From contig NW_024704749.1 of NCBI RefSeq assembly GCF_018977255.1, forward strand, positions 2,914,001-2,978,000: a stretch of DNA of 64,000 bases, written 5' to 3'. How positions within the stretch are numbered: the first letter of the stretch is position 1; each line of letters opens with the position of its first letter. Made by a program: the position numbers and the translations under genes. Shown piece after piece: positions 22,791-36,495 of this stretch. Below the pieces are notes generated by a model. The model ran no database searches, was not told the DNA's origin, and saw only the letters and a program-made list of their open reading frames with translations. The DNA comes from Callorhinchus milii. Taxonomy: Eukaryota.

Positions 22791-23873
22791 ATTTTCTATT
22801 GTATAGAAATCAGTAATTGTCACAGAAGGATACAATTTCGCCCATCCTCTGTGTCTCTCTTCTACTTCTGTTGTTTTGTTAAACTGGATTCTTTTAAAAA
22901 TAATCCATAGGCTCCAGCTGTTTCTCTATATTCATCAATGCTTTCATTTCCCTCTTCAGTGATTCAACCGCATTATCAACTTGTAGTTCTGAATTGAACA
23001 TTGGTATAACGTTTGGGCAAGCAAAAGTACAATAACCTTATTTGGTGCAACCATGCTGAGAACTCACCTCTCCATTTATTTTGGTTACTTGGGTGCCTCA
23101 AACATGCAGAAAACTATCTGAATGCTGAAGTACATCCAAACTAAATTGAGAGAACTACATATGGAATACCAGCTACGTAAGCAATTTTCCTATGTCTGGA
23201 AGGGAGTGCAATCTCTCCAGAGTCATGTATCCTGGTTATGTAATTCCAGAAATTATGAGATGAAGCTGGCAAGAGCCAAATTGTGTTGACCAACTCTCAA
23301 CCGTCTCTCTTCTTTGAAAGTACTCACACCCACTTAAAAACAGTTATCATCAGAAGAAAACTTTATTTCAACCATCTCTTATCTCGACCTGCTGGCACAT
23401 TCCCAAGTTTAACTTTATTTCCAAGGGTCTACAATGAGACAGATTCACTCTTATGTCTCCCACCACACCTTGTATGAATGTTGAAATCGATCCATTCTGT
23501 GTTAGGCAACCATTGGAGCCTGGCGAGGACTAGTGTTATTGCGGCACTGAGGTGAGAGTGGGTGAGAATCCCGACGATGATATGCTGGATCAGATGATTT
23601 GCAGGAATGGGGTTGGTTAAAGAACAAGGGAAAGATGAAACAAATAGCAGAAATGCATTCAGGCATTTATATCAAGAACAAAGCACTACACTTTCAGCAT
23701 GCAAGTGGTGCAATAAGTTATGCATTTGTATTTGTTTCAAATCTTTTGGGAAAAAAATAATAGAAATTTGATCTAATTGTGCTACTGCCTCAAAATACTT
23801 GCACTGCTGTCTTTAGTGCAGGAATTCAATTGTAACTTGGACAAGATCATTCGCTGCAGAACAGTTTCCCTTC

Positions 23874-24207
23874 ATAATAATAATAATAACAATAATAATC
23901 CTTGCATTTGATATAGCGCTTTTCATGTCGGGAGGACGTCCCAAAGCGCTTCACAGAACACACTGTAAAGTGAATTGACTGTATATTTGTGGGCGAACGC
24001 GGCAGCCAATTGTGCACAGCAATGTCCCATAAACAGTCGTAGATTGAAAATGACCAATTTTTGTTTTTGTTTTTGATTTTTTTTGGAGGAATATAATTAG
24101 GAGTGTGGAGTAAGGAAACTTGCCCAAGGTTTCGCCCTCTGCCTGGAATTGAACTCAGGTCTCTCGCTTGCAAAGCGAGAGCTCTAACCACTGAGCTATA
24201 GGACTCC
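23874..24207 (-). mobile_element. Full-length tRNA-derived SINE (paralogous insertion at 53972-54296)
   Basis: Same head, body and (ATT)n tail as 7319-7648; shared by the B and D spacers, so it predates their duplication. Confidence 0.92.
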
Positions 24208-25208
24208 ACAACCCTTTTGTTTCATGTGGAAACAAAAGGGTTAACACTCTCTGATCAGCACACCTGTGCTGTTAACACCTGTGCTGGTCAGCAGGAAGCA
24301 GTGAGTGTTCGTTTGATTATATAAACCAGAGTGCGTGTAGTCAGTGAATTTAAACTGCTCACAGTCAGTGGCTACAGTCAGTGATTTTAAAGTTGCTGTG
24401 CTGTATAAATTGATTTTCTATTGTTTTTTGTCAATGAACCCATCCTCTCTCTCTCTCTCAACTCTTGTTAATCTCTTTATTTGAGAGAATAGAATTGTGA
24501 CCTTTCCTGACTCCTCACAAGTATCAAACAGACTCAACTGTTTGAGAGCTTTCTGATTCGCCACGTTAATGACTTACATGTTACATTTTGGAAATATTTT
24601 AAAATCAATGCCACACTCTGCATAACATTGGGCGGGGCCACAAATAAGTTGAATATTGTACTTCCATTCCTTTGGTCCTATTAATTCCTGGTGGAATATG
24701 CCTTCCCGTAGGATGGATTTCTGTTTGTGTAATTTCATCAAAACATTAAATATTTACTGTTTATCTAAATGTGGAACTAATATATCAAAAGAAACTTGTA
24801 GTTTGGACAACAACGAATGCCTTCAACAGAAGAACTGGAAGAAAAAAAGTCACAGAGGAAAATGACAGTCATTTTACTAAGCTGCAGTAATTGCTATTTC
24901 TGCAATGTTACACGAGGGCTTGATCATTGAGAATGCACTGAATCAACGTGAATGCACTGTAAGATACAAACATTCAATTCCAGCAAACTGTCTACATAGT
25001 ATTGTGTCTATGTTTTCCCAGCTCACTCCGTTTAGGTTTCAGATTCCAGCATCTGCAGTATTTTGTGTTTTCTACATAGTATTGTTGACGGTTTCAATAC
25101 ATTGTTGAAAAACATCTGAGACTTTGTTTCCTTCTCTCAGGATATTTCTCGAAAATGTCTACAAAATGAATTTGTTTGTAACTTTGAACATTGTGACTAA
25201 ACGAGCAC

Positions 25209-25524
25209 AATAATAACAATAATCCTTGCATTTGATATAGCACTTTTCACGTCGGGAGGACGTCCCAAAGCGCTTCACAGAACACACTGTAAAGTGAATT
25301 GACTGTATATTTGTGAGCGAACGCTGGAGCCAATAGCGCACAGCAATGTCCCACAAACAGTGGTAGATTGAAAATGACCAATTTATTATTGTTTTTTTTG
25401 GAGAGATTATTATTAGGCTCTGTGTGGAGTAAAGAAATTTGCCCAAGGTTTCGCCCTGCCGGGAATTGAACTCAGGTCTCTCACTTGCAAAGCGAGTGCC
25501 CTAACCACTGAGCTACAGGACTCC
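25209..25524 (-). mobile_element. Full-length tRNA-derived SINE (only the head survives in the paralog at 54801-54892)
   Basis: Same family consensus features as the other SINE copies. Confidence 0.9.
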
Positions 25525-25619
25525 AGGTATAGTTGATAGAAAGGCCGGGATCCGCTTAACCTTACGATTAAGAGGAATCAATAAAGCTAATTTTCCTGGA
25601 AAAAAATCTGTTTTGAGCA

Positions 25620-26230
25620 GAATGACCTGCCGCGCAGCCGGTGTCTTCACTCAGTACTGAATCGCATCAGAACAATCACAACAACTTGTGGTGAAACACG
25701 TGTCACTGAATCATTGCTGTCAATTGCAATGTTCTCCCCTCAGTAATGTCAAACCCAGAACTTGGAGGAAAGAAAGCCTTTTATAAAGTCTGCAGAATGA
25801 TGGTTAAAATTGACACCTCTATCAGTGGGAGGAGTAACACAATGGTTCATTGCACCAGTCTCAAATGTCTAAAAATGTGCTAATACTTTGACTCACTGAG
25901 CCGAAAACAACATTAGAATTATTCTAAAATAATGGGTTAGATGCTAATATGACATGATGGTCAGATAAAATTCTCCTGGCGTTATTCCCAGTCATCTGGG
26001 TACCAGGTAAGAGAGTTTCTCACTCATTGGAAGTTTAAATTCTTCAAATATTCAATTAGTTGCAGACTAGAAGCATTTCCACGGTATTCAGTTCCCTCTG
26101 AGATTTGAACCACTTACGAATCAGTTCATTGGAGGCCATGAACAGTCACCATTGAAAATCCACAGTTTTGCTTCTTGTGATGGAGATTCTTTTAAATATC
26201 ACGCCGTACTTCCAAACTGTGGGAAAACAA
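25620..26230 (-). other. Relic J-C intron segment of a decayed cluster
   Basis: Colinear with cluster A intron ~2440-3030 (cttcactcag...caacttgtggtgaaacacg; cactgagccga; ggagattcttttaa) but with no flanking exons. Confidence 0.7.
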
Positions 26231-27591
26231 TCTAAAGCAAGTAGGCTGTTCTATATCACAAAATATAGAGACAATTAGCTTAACAGTATACTCTGTGAAG
26301 AGCTTCGAGACATCTGGAAGACATGCACAATTTTATATACAAGGATATGTTTATTAATATTAATCACAATCCTCAATTATTTACAGAACCGTGGAAAGGT
26401 CTTAGGCCATTAATTATTCATATTTGTCATTGCTTTGCAGCGTATGAATCCTGCAACACCTCTTGTCCAGGTTCACACAGAATTACACGGCAGTGGAGCT
26501 TGTTCCAATTTTGCATAATTATCGATAAGAATGTTACAACATTGCATGCTTTAACAGTTTGCACGCTGATCTGCTACAGAACTGCACAGCAAGCCACACT
26601 TTACAAGTGTTGCCAGGGATCCTCAAATTATATGAACAGTTTGTAGAACCTTCTCGCAGGTTCCAGCACCTATCCTCTCCTCACACTGGGATACTTTTTA
26701 CTCCACTATGCCTTACTGCAGATGTGTTTTGCTACATGAACCATCAGCCCCATGCTCGCCCAGCTCCATTTGCTCGCAGAATGCAAAATCATCATCCTGG
26801 CCTTCAAAGCCCTCTATGGCTATGCTCCTCCCTACATCTGTGTTGTGCTACTTTCACAGATAACGGACACATCTTCCACTCAGCGGGATCTGGCCTGCTC
26901 CATGTCTCCTCAGCCACCCACAACATTATCGATCATGAGGCCTTCAATCTCTCTTCCCCCATTGTTTGGAAATCCATCACACAGTCACTTCACATCCCTC
27001 CCTTCCCTCCTTCAAGGCACGTCTCAAGATCTTTCTCTTCCACCACACTTTGGATCAATCTCCTATCCCATCCCTCACTGCTTCCTCCTCTACTGATCAC
27101 AGTCTGCTGCTCTGGTCCAGATCCCTGACAGGCCTGCACCTTGGAACTTCCTCCCAAGATCAGACGTGTTAATCAAATGTAACCTGTTCTTGTTAGATCC
27201 AGAATACAAGCTCGATTCCCATTTCCTGATGTTAAAACAACTCTAGAAACATTATAAAAGGTGAAAAGCTCAGTTGATCTTCAAGCAGGGAGGATATCAA
27301 CACACTTAGAGATAGGTGCTTGTGATATATATTGATGTAGTGTTTGCACTGTTTGTAACATGGAATGTCAATGCCTGATGACTCTGGTTGATTTGTCATT
27401 TCTACAACCAAATATTTTGTGAATCAGTTCGATGTCATCACAGGAGTACGGTCGGTAACTTAAGTACATTTAAGTTACTCAACCTGCTGAATGAAGATCA
27501 ATACTAAAATGCATGTATCCACAATCATTCAGACATGCAGGCATTGAAATTTGCGCATTCCTTCATCCAATGCTAAATTTCTGACTCAAAT

Positions 27592-28420
27592 AACAACAAC
27601 AACAACAACAACTTGGATTTACACAGTGCCCTCCAGGCCGGACGGCATCTCAGAGCACGTCAGAGCAACGTATCCCGGGACTGAGCCAGGGGGAGGGGGT
27701 GGCGGGGTGGGGAGGGGTGCTGGGGGAAGGTGAACAAAGGTGCAGTTGAACAGAAAGGTCGTCAGCAAAGACCTGAAAATGGGAAGGGAGGGTGCGAGAC
27801 GAAGGTAGTGAGGAAGGCAGTTCCAGAGCCTCGGGGCATAGTGCCTGAAGGCACGGCCGCCGAGGGTGGAGCGGAGGACTCGCGGGACGAGGAGGAGGCC
27901 AGAACCGGAGGAATGAATGCAACGGGTACTGTTTTGAGGAGAGAGCAGGTCAGAGATGTAGGGGGGTGCAGAGGAGTGCAGGGACTTGAATACAGGCGTG
28001 AGGATCTTGAAATCGACCCTCTCTGGGATAGGCAGTCAGTGCAGTCTGGCAAGGACTGGGGTGATCGGGGAGCACATTTTCATGCAGGTGAGAATGCTGG
28101 TGGCAGTGATTTGAATGATTTAGATTTTATGGATGGGAGTGAATGGGAGAGGGGTGAGGATGGCATTAGAATAGTCCAGCCGAGAGGTGACAAAGGCATG
28201 GACCAGGATTTCAGCGGCTTTTGGGGAGAGGTACTGGTGGAGACGGTGATGTGTCGGAGGAGGAAGAAAGCGGTGCTGGTGATGGACTAGATGTGGAGGA
28301 GGAAGGATTATTGGGGGTCAAAGCTGATGCGTATGTTGCGTATCAGTTCTGAGAGTTTTAGGGGGAGGTCGGGTAGGTGGAGGAGGTGAGAGCTGTGAGG
28401 TTTTAGATGTTGACGAGAGC
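27592..28420 (-). mobile_element. L2 3' fragment with caaat target-site duplication
   Basis: (AAC)n tail at left, L2 C-terminal similarity, caaat at 27587-27591 and 28421-28425; paralog 57078-57500 has lost ~455 bp. Confidence 0.8.
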
Positions 28421-28449
28421 CAAATGACTTGCAAATGCACAGAAACAGT

Positions 28450-29157
28450 ATAACAGCGACATTCATCTCAGGAGGGCATCGCAAGTTGCTGGACAATCAG
28501 TTTTTGGACCGAAGCTGGTGGGGTTGGTAATGGTGGACGAGGAATGCAGTGTGGAAAGGATGGTGATCAAAGGCACAGTAACAGCAGAGCATTTTGAGAT
28601 GGTCTTGGAGGAGACAAGGCATGTGGCGAGGCAGAGAGCCTACGGCATTTACTTCCAGTGGGTGGGATAGAGTGGCTGAAGGCAAACTTGGAAAATGTAG
28701 GGCGGGCGAGGCAGGCGACATGAGCAGGCTGGAGCCCAGATGTAACAGGTTAGTGGGGGATGAGGATGGCACAGAAGTAGTGGAGATCAAGGCCATGGAG
28801 AGCAGGATTTTGATCTGTATCCAATAGTTACAGTATCCTGTATCCTATAATGTGATGGGAAGGCAATGGAATCAGGCAAAGATGGGAGATGATAGGATCA
28901 CAGAATCTGGTATGGGATAGGACACAGGCTGCAGCATTCGGGATGTTTCTCAGCCTACAGAGGGAGGCATTGTGGAGGCCAAGAAGAAGGGAGATTGCAT
29001 CGTGAAAGGATGTTATGAATGCGAGTATGAGGTTTTCAGCAGCCTGCAGTTTGAGAGATTGGTGGAGCAGGTCAATATTGCGGAGGTCGGGGGTGGAGAA
29101 CATGTCATGTCATGGATATAGGTCGGATAATACATTGGATACAGGAGGGTGTTTCCT
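28450..29157 (-). mobile_element. Old L2 3' fragment (paralogs ~43885-44340 and 58501-59180)
   Basis: Remnant QAAENLILAFITS and degraded L2 3' sequence. Confidence 0.7.
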
Positions 29158-29163
29158 GATGAA

Positions 29164-30850
29164 CAACAAGATTCAACAACAACACGATTCCATTTATTGA
29201 GCGCCTATCAGGTCGGGAGGACGTCCCAAGGCACTGTACAGTTAGGTCAGGACTTGAGCAAGGGGGAAATGGTCAGGGTGAGGGAAGGGAGGGAGCGAGG
29301 AGGGGGTAGAGATTTGAGAGAGGAGCTGAAGGCACGGTCAACGTGAAAGGTCTTGAGACTGGCCTTGAAGGAGGAAAGGGAGGAAGCAAGGCGAAGGCAC
29401 TGGGGGATAGAGTTCCAGAGCCTCGGGGCTGAGAGGCTGAAGGCCCGGCCACCGATAGTAGTGCGGTTGGGGCGGGGGATGTGGAGTAGACCGGAGCCAG
29501 ATGAACGGAGGGTACGGGCAGGTAGGTAGGGGGATAGTAGGTTGGAGAGGTAGATGGGAGCAAGGCCGTGAATGGCCTTGTAGGTGAGGATCAGGATCTT
29601 GAAATCGATCCTCTGGGGGATGGGGAGCCAGTGGAGGCGAGTGAGGGTGGGAGTGATGTGTTCCCGAAGCCTGGTGCGGGACAGTACATGAGCTGCAGAG
29701 TTCTGAATGACCTGCAGCTTGTGGAGGGAGGGCCGGGAAGGCCGGCGAGGAGAGAGTTCCCATAGTCCAGCCTTGAGGTGATAAAGGCGTGGACCAGAGT
29801 TTCAGCCGCGTGAGGGGTGAGGTAATGCCATAGTCTGGCGACATTCCGGAGGTGATGGAAGGCGGTGCCAGTTGTATCGCGGATGTGAGGGAGAAAGGAC
29901 ACCTCAGTGTCGAACAGAACACCGAGGTTCCTGACTGGCACCTAAACCTTCAAACCTTCTTGATTTCAAGATTCTCATCCTCACCTACAAGGCCATTCAC
30001 GGCCTTGCTCCCTCCTACCTCTCCAACCTACTATCCCCCTACCTACCTGCCCGTACCCTCCGTTCCTCTGGCTCTGGTCTGCTCCACGTCCCCCGCCCTA
30101 ACCGCCCTACCATCGGTGGTCGGGCCTTCAGCCTCTCAGCCCCCAGGCTCTGGAACTCCATCCCCCAGTGCCTTCGCCTTGCTTCCTCCCTTTCCTCCTT
30201 CAAGGCCGGTCTCAAAACCTTTCTCTTTGACCGTGCCTTCAGCTCCCTCTCGACTCTCTTCCCCCTCCTCACTCCCTCCCTTCCCTCCCCTCACCCTGAC
30301 CATTTCCCCCCTCCTCGCTCCCTCCCTTCCCTCCCCTCACCCTGACCATTTCCCCCCTGCTCGGGTCATGACCCAACTGTGCAGCGCCTTGGGACGTCCT
30401 CCTGACGTGAAAGGCGCTTTATAAATGGAATCTTGTTGTTGTTGTTGTTGACAGGGCCTTGAAGGTTTAGGTGGGAGGACAAGCGGTGGAGGAGGATAGC
30501 GTGGTCGACCGTATCGAATGCTGCCGACAGGTCGAGGAGGACGAGGAGGCAGAGGGAGCCCTGGTCATAGATGGTCAGGATGTCATTGGTGACCTTGACC
30601 AGGGCAGTTTCTGTGCTATGGGCAGCACGGAGACCCGACTGAAGGTGTTCGAATAGTGAATGGTTGGAGAGGAAAGCGCTCAGCTGGGAGGCGACAACTC
30701 GTTCCAGGACCTTGGATAGGAAGCGGAGGTAGGAGATGGGCCGGTAGCTTGATAGCTGCAACGCATCAAGGGAGGGTTTTTTAAGGTGGGAGTGATGGTG
30801 GCAGTTTTTAAGGGAATGGGAATAGAGCCAGAGGAGAGGGACAGGTTGAC
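29164..30850. mobile_element. Composite young L2 insertion: minus 3' arm, plus 3' arm, minus RT segment
   Basis: gatgaa duplicated at 29158-29163 and 30851-30856; RT motifs YRPISYL, QSGLRAAHSTETAL, LLDLSAAFDTVDH at 30470-30780; empty site at 59181. Confidence 0.88.
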
Positions 30851-30929
30851 GATGAAGCACTGGATAAACTGTATATACTTTATTCCGAACAAGTATGGCA
30901 GCCAATTTGGGCACAGCAGAGACTCACAA

Positions 30930-31240
30930 ACAAAAACAACAACAGGATAACGTCTATACAGTGCCTTTCATGTCGGGAGGACGCCCCAAGGCGGTGGATA
31001 GAGTGTAGCATATCATAACCGAGCTGGTGTCGTGAGGGGAAGGGAGTGGCTGGGGGAAGGGCGATGGCCGATTGCATGGTCGAAGAGCAGGGTCTTGAGG
31101 CGGGACGAGAAGGAGGCTTAGGATGTGGCGAGGCAGATTGACTGGGGGATGGAATTCCAGAGGTTCGGGGCAGAGTATCTGGACGCTCTCCTCCCAATTG
31201 TGGGACTGGTGGGTCGGGGGACGTGGAGGAGGCCAGAACC
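30930..31240 (-). mobile_element. Old L2 3' fragment (paralog ~59240-59575)
   Basis: Tail motif gcctttcatgtcgggaggacgcccc and 3' UTR similarity. Confidence 0.7.
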
Positions 31241-33183
31241 AACTGAAAACAAAACAAAAAAAGCTGAAAACAGCCATGAAGTGAATGATAATTTTTATTT
31301 ACCGAATCACTGGCCAGAAGACCAGGAGAAGTTCTTTCCTCTTTTTGCAGTAATATGGGATCTTTACTGTCCACCATGAATAGGCAATCGGCATGGCGCT
31401 GACAACAACACAACTTATCCCCATCATTGCATTGCAGCATCACTCTCGACAGTAGGAAGTGAAAGGCCCAATGTGGGTCTTGAACCCACAATCTGCTGCA
31501 TTACAGACGAGAATGCTGCCAACTGTGCAATGCTGTCATGTCACGCTAACAAATACAGAGGAGTGCTGGAATTCTTCATGTCAAAGATCGAATGTATCGC
31601 TTCACTTCATCCTCCTCCTTTGCATCTCCTTCCACATCCCCCGAACCATCTACTGCACCCCTCCTGCCACCACCGCCCCTTCAGGTCTTTATTACATTCA
31701 ATGTTCCAATCTTTATTCAGCTAAATGTGCTGTACTGCTGAAGTATTTGCATATCAAATTTAATTGACATGGAAACACTTCAGCAGGATCGCACAGCTGC
31801 TGAAGTAATTCCTTATCAATGCCATCTGATTATTTCCAAGAAAATATTTTGATTAAGTTTAAAATTCTTGTTGTTAAAGTTTCATCGGTAACTCTTTGTA
31901 AATGTTCGTGTTAAAATGTGTGAGTGTGGCGTTTGTCATGGGTAAGAGTAACAATAAAATAAATCTGTCTTTGGCAATCAGCTGAGGCGTGGGACTGGCC
32001 ACGATATTATTTCATTGACAGCCATTCTTTTGGGGCTTCTCCAGAAATTTAATGAATAGCGTTTTTACTAATGGATGTTTATTCTCACAAAATAGACTAA
32101 TATTATGTAATTGGTATTTTTTGATTCTTCCTTCGACAAAGAAAAAGGAAGAATTGTAAAGTATGGATTGGTATCGACCAAACATACCTACATATGTATT
32201 AGATGGGATTAATCAAGTGGAACTTGGAGAAGAAGCCCAGGCTTCCGAGTTCCAATTAAGTAATCCAATTTTTAACATTATATTGAATAATGATCTTCAT
32301 AATTACACGTATAATTTTTAACAATGTAGTAGATTGTATTAAAAGGGGAAGAGATAAATGCGACACAAATGCAACTTTGATCGTTGATACAGCGACACCT
32401 ACTGATGTTAATCAATCAGACAAGACGTTGTCAGGCGGAGGTTGGAAGCAAACATTTCTAAACAGCAGATTTACGGGACAAAATCCACCAGTTTGTAAAT
32501 AATATTTAAAATTGGGCAGATTTGCGGAAATGTTTCCATTTCAACCTGAATTCGGAAGGTTTATTTGAACAAATACAAAAGAGCGATTTACAAATTAATA
32601 CCCAATTCAAGGTCCCCCCCTCCTCCCTCCGAGTCCAGACAATATTACAGTTTAAGATCAAACCATCTTACAGGCTGAGACGAGGTGGGATTTTGAACCT
32701 TCGAAGCCCCGGAGAGCGCAACACAGAATGACTCCGACTGTTGGGGAATGTTCTGCTCCTGTGCCATTGTTGCTATGATTGACAACTACTGTAATATTTC
32801 CTCCGGTAAGACAACATGTGTCAACCAAATCCATAAAATGTCGCTATTTTATATTAAAACATGTACAATGAATAATACAAATCAGATTAAAATCTCATGA
32901 TTTGATGAATTGAAAAGGAAATCTGGGAGAAAATGAGCGACTCACAGAGGCCAATGCAGAGACAGTTTATTATTGATCGATATTTCTGTAATACGACACA
33001 AGGAGAACACATATAATTCTATCTAAAGTTTCCAGCAAACCGTACAAACTGTGTATGGATTGTTATCTCTTTGCGAAATTTATAGCAAAATGAACATAAT
33101 CGACAACATATTACAAAACACAATTATTATTATTAAAGGTAGATTGACAATAGTACATTCGATTATCGGTGCACATTCCTGGT

Positions 33184-33506
33184 TTAGGTACAACTGGATC
33201 TGGCGATGCTTTTTTCGAGCGGAGTGGCCAGAGTCTGGTGTTTGACCACACAGGAATACAGGTCGTGTGACTCCCACTCGGAGGTTGGCAGAGTCAGATA
33301 ACTGCTCACACTGTACGTGTTGTCCGCCTGCTGTTTGATCGCACTCGTTTCAACACCTTGACTTCTGGCACTGCCATCCACAGTCCACTCGACCTCCACA
33401 GCTCCCGGGATAAAATCATTCACCAGACACACCAGGGTCGCCTTGCTCTTTGCTGTGATTTGATCTGGTGAAGGCGGAAGGACAGTCACCGAAGGGCCCT
33501 GTGGTT
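33184..33506 (-). CDS. IGLC: Ig light chain constant exon, cluster C
   Basis: Intact 323-nt exon, acceptor AG at 33508-33507. Confidence 0.97.
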
Positions 33507-35752
33507 CTGGAAGGAAAAGATTTTGTACTCAGATAATGTCCATTATTTGATAAGACGAAGGAAAGTTGAAAACTAAATATCAAATCTTTGTATCAAATAC
33601 TGCAACGTGTTCTTGGTCTGTTGATAATGATCTTGAACAGTGACAATGTCCGCCTATAAATATAATTAATCTGTGTGAAGCGGTTATTGTTGTTGAGGGT
33701 TGCTCACCAAACACTCTGCAGCTTATTATACTATCTCCAGATTATCACGTTCCCATTTATGAAATGAAAGACTGCAATCACCAGAAACGACGACATACAC
33801 TAAAACCATGTCACAGTGAATACTGACGGGAGCAGCTGATTGACAGCGCAGTAAAGCTTTCGATTTATTATCTCTGTCAAAGCTCTTTCACACGATAGAA
33901 AGTTTCGCCCACAAAATGCAGTCAATTCGCTTCACGGTATATTATGTGAAGCGCTTTGAAACGTCTCGAAGACGTGAAAAGCACTATATCAAATTCAAGG
34001 ATTAAATTCAAAGATAATTAAATGTTTGCAACTCAACGCTCCATTCCGATGAATTCTCTCTAAAAGTCCATCTGTCGTCCCTATTTCCAACACTGCCCAA
34101 TTCTGGGAAGATGTGTGTGAACATTTGAGTACGTTTTGGAGTTTGAATAATCGCTATACAATGGCTGGGCACAAACTATACTTTCTCTGATGCCCTTTCC
34201 TGAGTCGAGAGGGAACGGGATTCAAGATTGACGATTGTGCAGAAAAGCAATGACGGATTTCAACAAACTGGAAGATGGTCCAGAATACAAACAACAATTC
34301 ACACTTGTACAGAGCCTTTCACCTTGACCACTTACAACCAGATGATCATCATAATAATAATCCTTGCATTGCTTATAGCACCTTACCACATCTTCGAGAC
34401 GCCTCAAAGCATTTCACAGAAGATACTGTGAAATGAATTGACTGTATATTTGGCGAAAGAACACGAAAAGCATCAGAATCCGAAACTGGTTTGTGTACAA
34501 TCTCCTGGTTCAAAACATAACGAAATAAAACGAGCTATTTATAAATAAAAGCAGAACATTGACGATAACGAATCGGTTCCAATCGGTTACCTTCTGAATT
34601 ACAGCTGATCGGGATTATTGTGAACCCATAATTTTTGTATTGCCCACTCCATAAAAACAATCAGTCTTTCGACGAAAAAGTTTTAGAGACACGAGCGGCA
34701 GTTATTGAAAACGAGGAAATCCGGGAAAAAGGAAAGGGGTTCTCTTTGCTCAAATGCTGTATGAAGGAAAAGTCAAAACATTAAGCATTTGAGCAGCAAA
34801 ATAAAGCAAAGATTCAGCAGCTGAAAAGAATGAATGCCAATTTCACAAAGTTTCATAGGGCGCTTGAAGTATATTCCATTGCGTTTATAAAAAAATATCA
34901 TTGCACGGTAGACAGGAAATAATCAAGTTACATTTCCACAATTCAGATAACATTTTTCTTTCATTTCTGCTTTGACCAGATTGAGCCGCCGCTCAACAGT
35001 CTGTGCCTTCACTCAGCGCCGATTCACATCTGAACAATTACAGCAACTTGTGGGGAAACACTTGTGACATTACTGAGTCTCTGCTGCTGATTACAGTGGT
35101 GCTCCCCTCAGCGACATCAAACACCGAATCGGGAGAAAATAAAACATGTTAAACAATCAAATATCCAAATACAACTCTGCGGAAAGAAGATATTAGATAT
35201 ACCGACTAATGGGAAGAATAGCACAGTTATTCACTGCACAAGTCTAATTTGTACCAAAATTCCCATTCACTTCCTGAGCCGATTATAACGTTGGAATTGT
35301 TCTGAAATAATGCATTAGTTGCTAATATGAAATACTGGTCAGAGAAACCTTTCTCAGAGTAATTACCGGTCATCTGGGTAATAGTTGAAGGGTGTTACTC
35401 GGAGTTTTGGAAGTTTAATTTCTTCAACTATTCAATTAGTTACGTACGAGAAACATATCTACGATACCCTTTTACCTCTGCGATTCAACTGCTAAACCAT
35501 CGGTTCAGCTGCCCTATGGAAAGCTGCTGGTTATCTTCTTATGCTGGAGATTCACACCCGTGGGTGGGTTGGCGGGGATTGGAAGTAATCATATCAATGA
35601 TTACAATAAAATGAATAAAACTGGTACCAGGAAGTTGGTTGTCCAATGCAAATCAAAATAATTATTGGAAAGTAGAAACAACGACAACATTTAGCGACCC
35701 AGAGCGCTTGAACCGACCACGTGCAAAGTGTAGAATGCCGAAGATCACTTAC

Positions 35753-36103
35753 TTTTCAAACTCAGTTCACTCCCTTTACCGAAAAAGAAGTGATACGGAC
35801 TGCTCTTATGCCCGGCACCACAGGAGTAATCGGCGGCGTCCTCAGCTTGCACACCGCTGATGGTTAAATGCACGGCGTTGTTCCCTGAGTCCGCAGAACC
35901 AGAGAATCGATCAGGAATCCCCTGAGGTTTGCCGTTGTAACTTGACCAGAGAAGCACAGGGGCGCCGTCAAGCTTCTGCTGGTACCAGCTGGTGTGGTAG
36001 CTGCCGATGCTGCCTCCGGACATGGTACAGGTGATCTTGACGGTGTTTCCCGGGGAGGATGAGATGGACGATGGCTGAGTCAGGGTAACAGCTGCGGTTG
36101 TGC
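35753..36103 (-). CDS. IGLV: Germline-joined VJ exon, cluster C
   Basis: Open frame, CDR3 [17 protein letters not shown] motif, canonical splice sites, no RSS. Confidence 0.97.
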
Positions 36104-36189
36104 CTGGAGAAACAACAAGTCAATATGTACATTGTAAAACCGTACAAATTGAATGTAACTCAGATCAGTGCGGATTCCATAGCGCTTAC

Positions 36190-36238
36190 CATGTAAACAC
36201 AGGAGCAAAGCGGACAGGACTCGGAGCCAATCGCCCAT
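36190..36238 (-). CDS. Leader exon, cluster C
   Basis: Same sequence as the cluster B leader. Confidence 0.94.
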
Positions 36239-36495
36239 CGTGAATAGTTTGATGAAGATCAGAGAGATGAGGGATTTTCCAGACCAAAGCCACTTTACTG
36301 CTTGTTTCTCAGCTTCTCCTTAAGAACCATCAGGTGATGTAAGTCCAATTGAATTAATGAACTATGCAAATCACCATCCGGGTTGCACCGCCCAATCGGA
36401 GTCCTTGTTCTGAACTGGAGATTCAAGATCATGCAGATTTCAGACATTTTACCGCCGATACTTCAAAAGATATTTCATGATAATATTGCATAATA
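36239..36495 (-). promoter_or_regulatory. IgL promoter, cluster C
   Basis: Decamer TGATTTGCAT at 36364-36373 plus the same E-box and CCAAT motifs. Confidence 0.85.

Noticed and set aside
23847-24209. Repeated ~120-aa ORFs (MESYSSVVRALALQARD...)
   Set aside because: Chance open frames through SINE copies; no protein-family signature.
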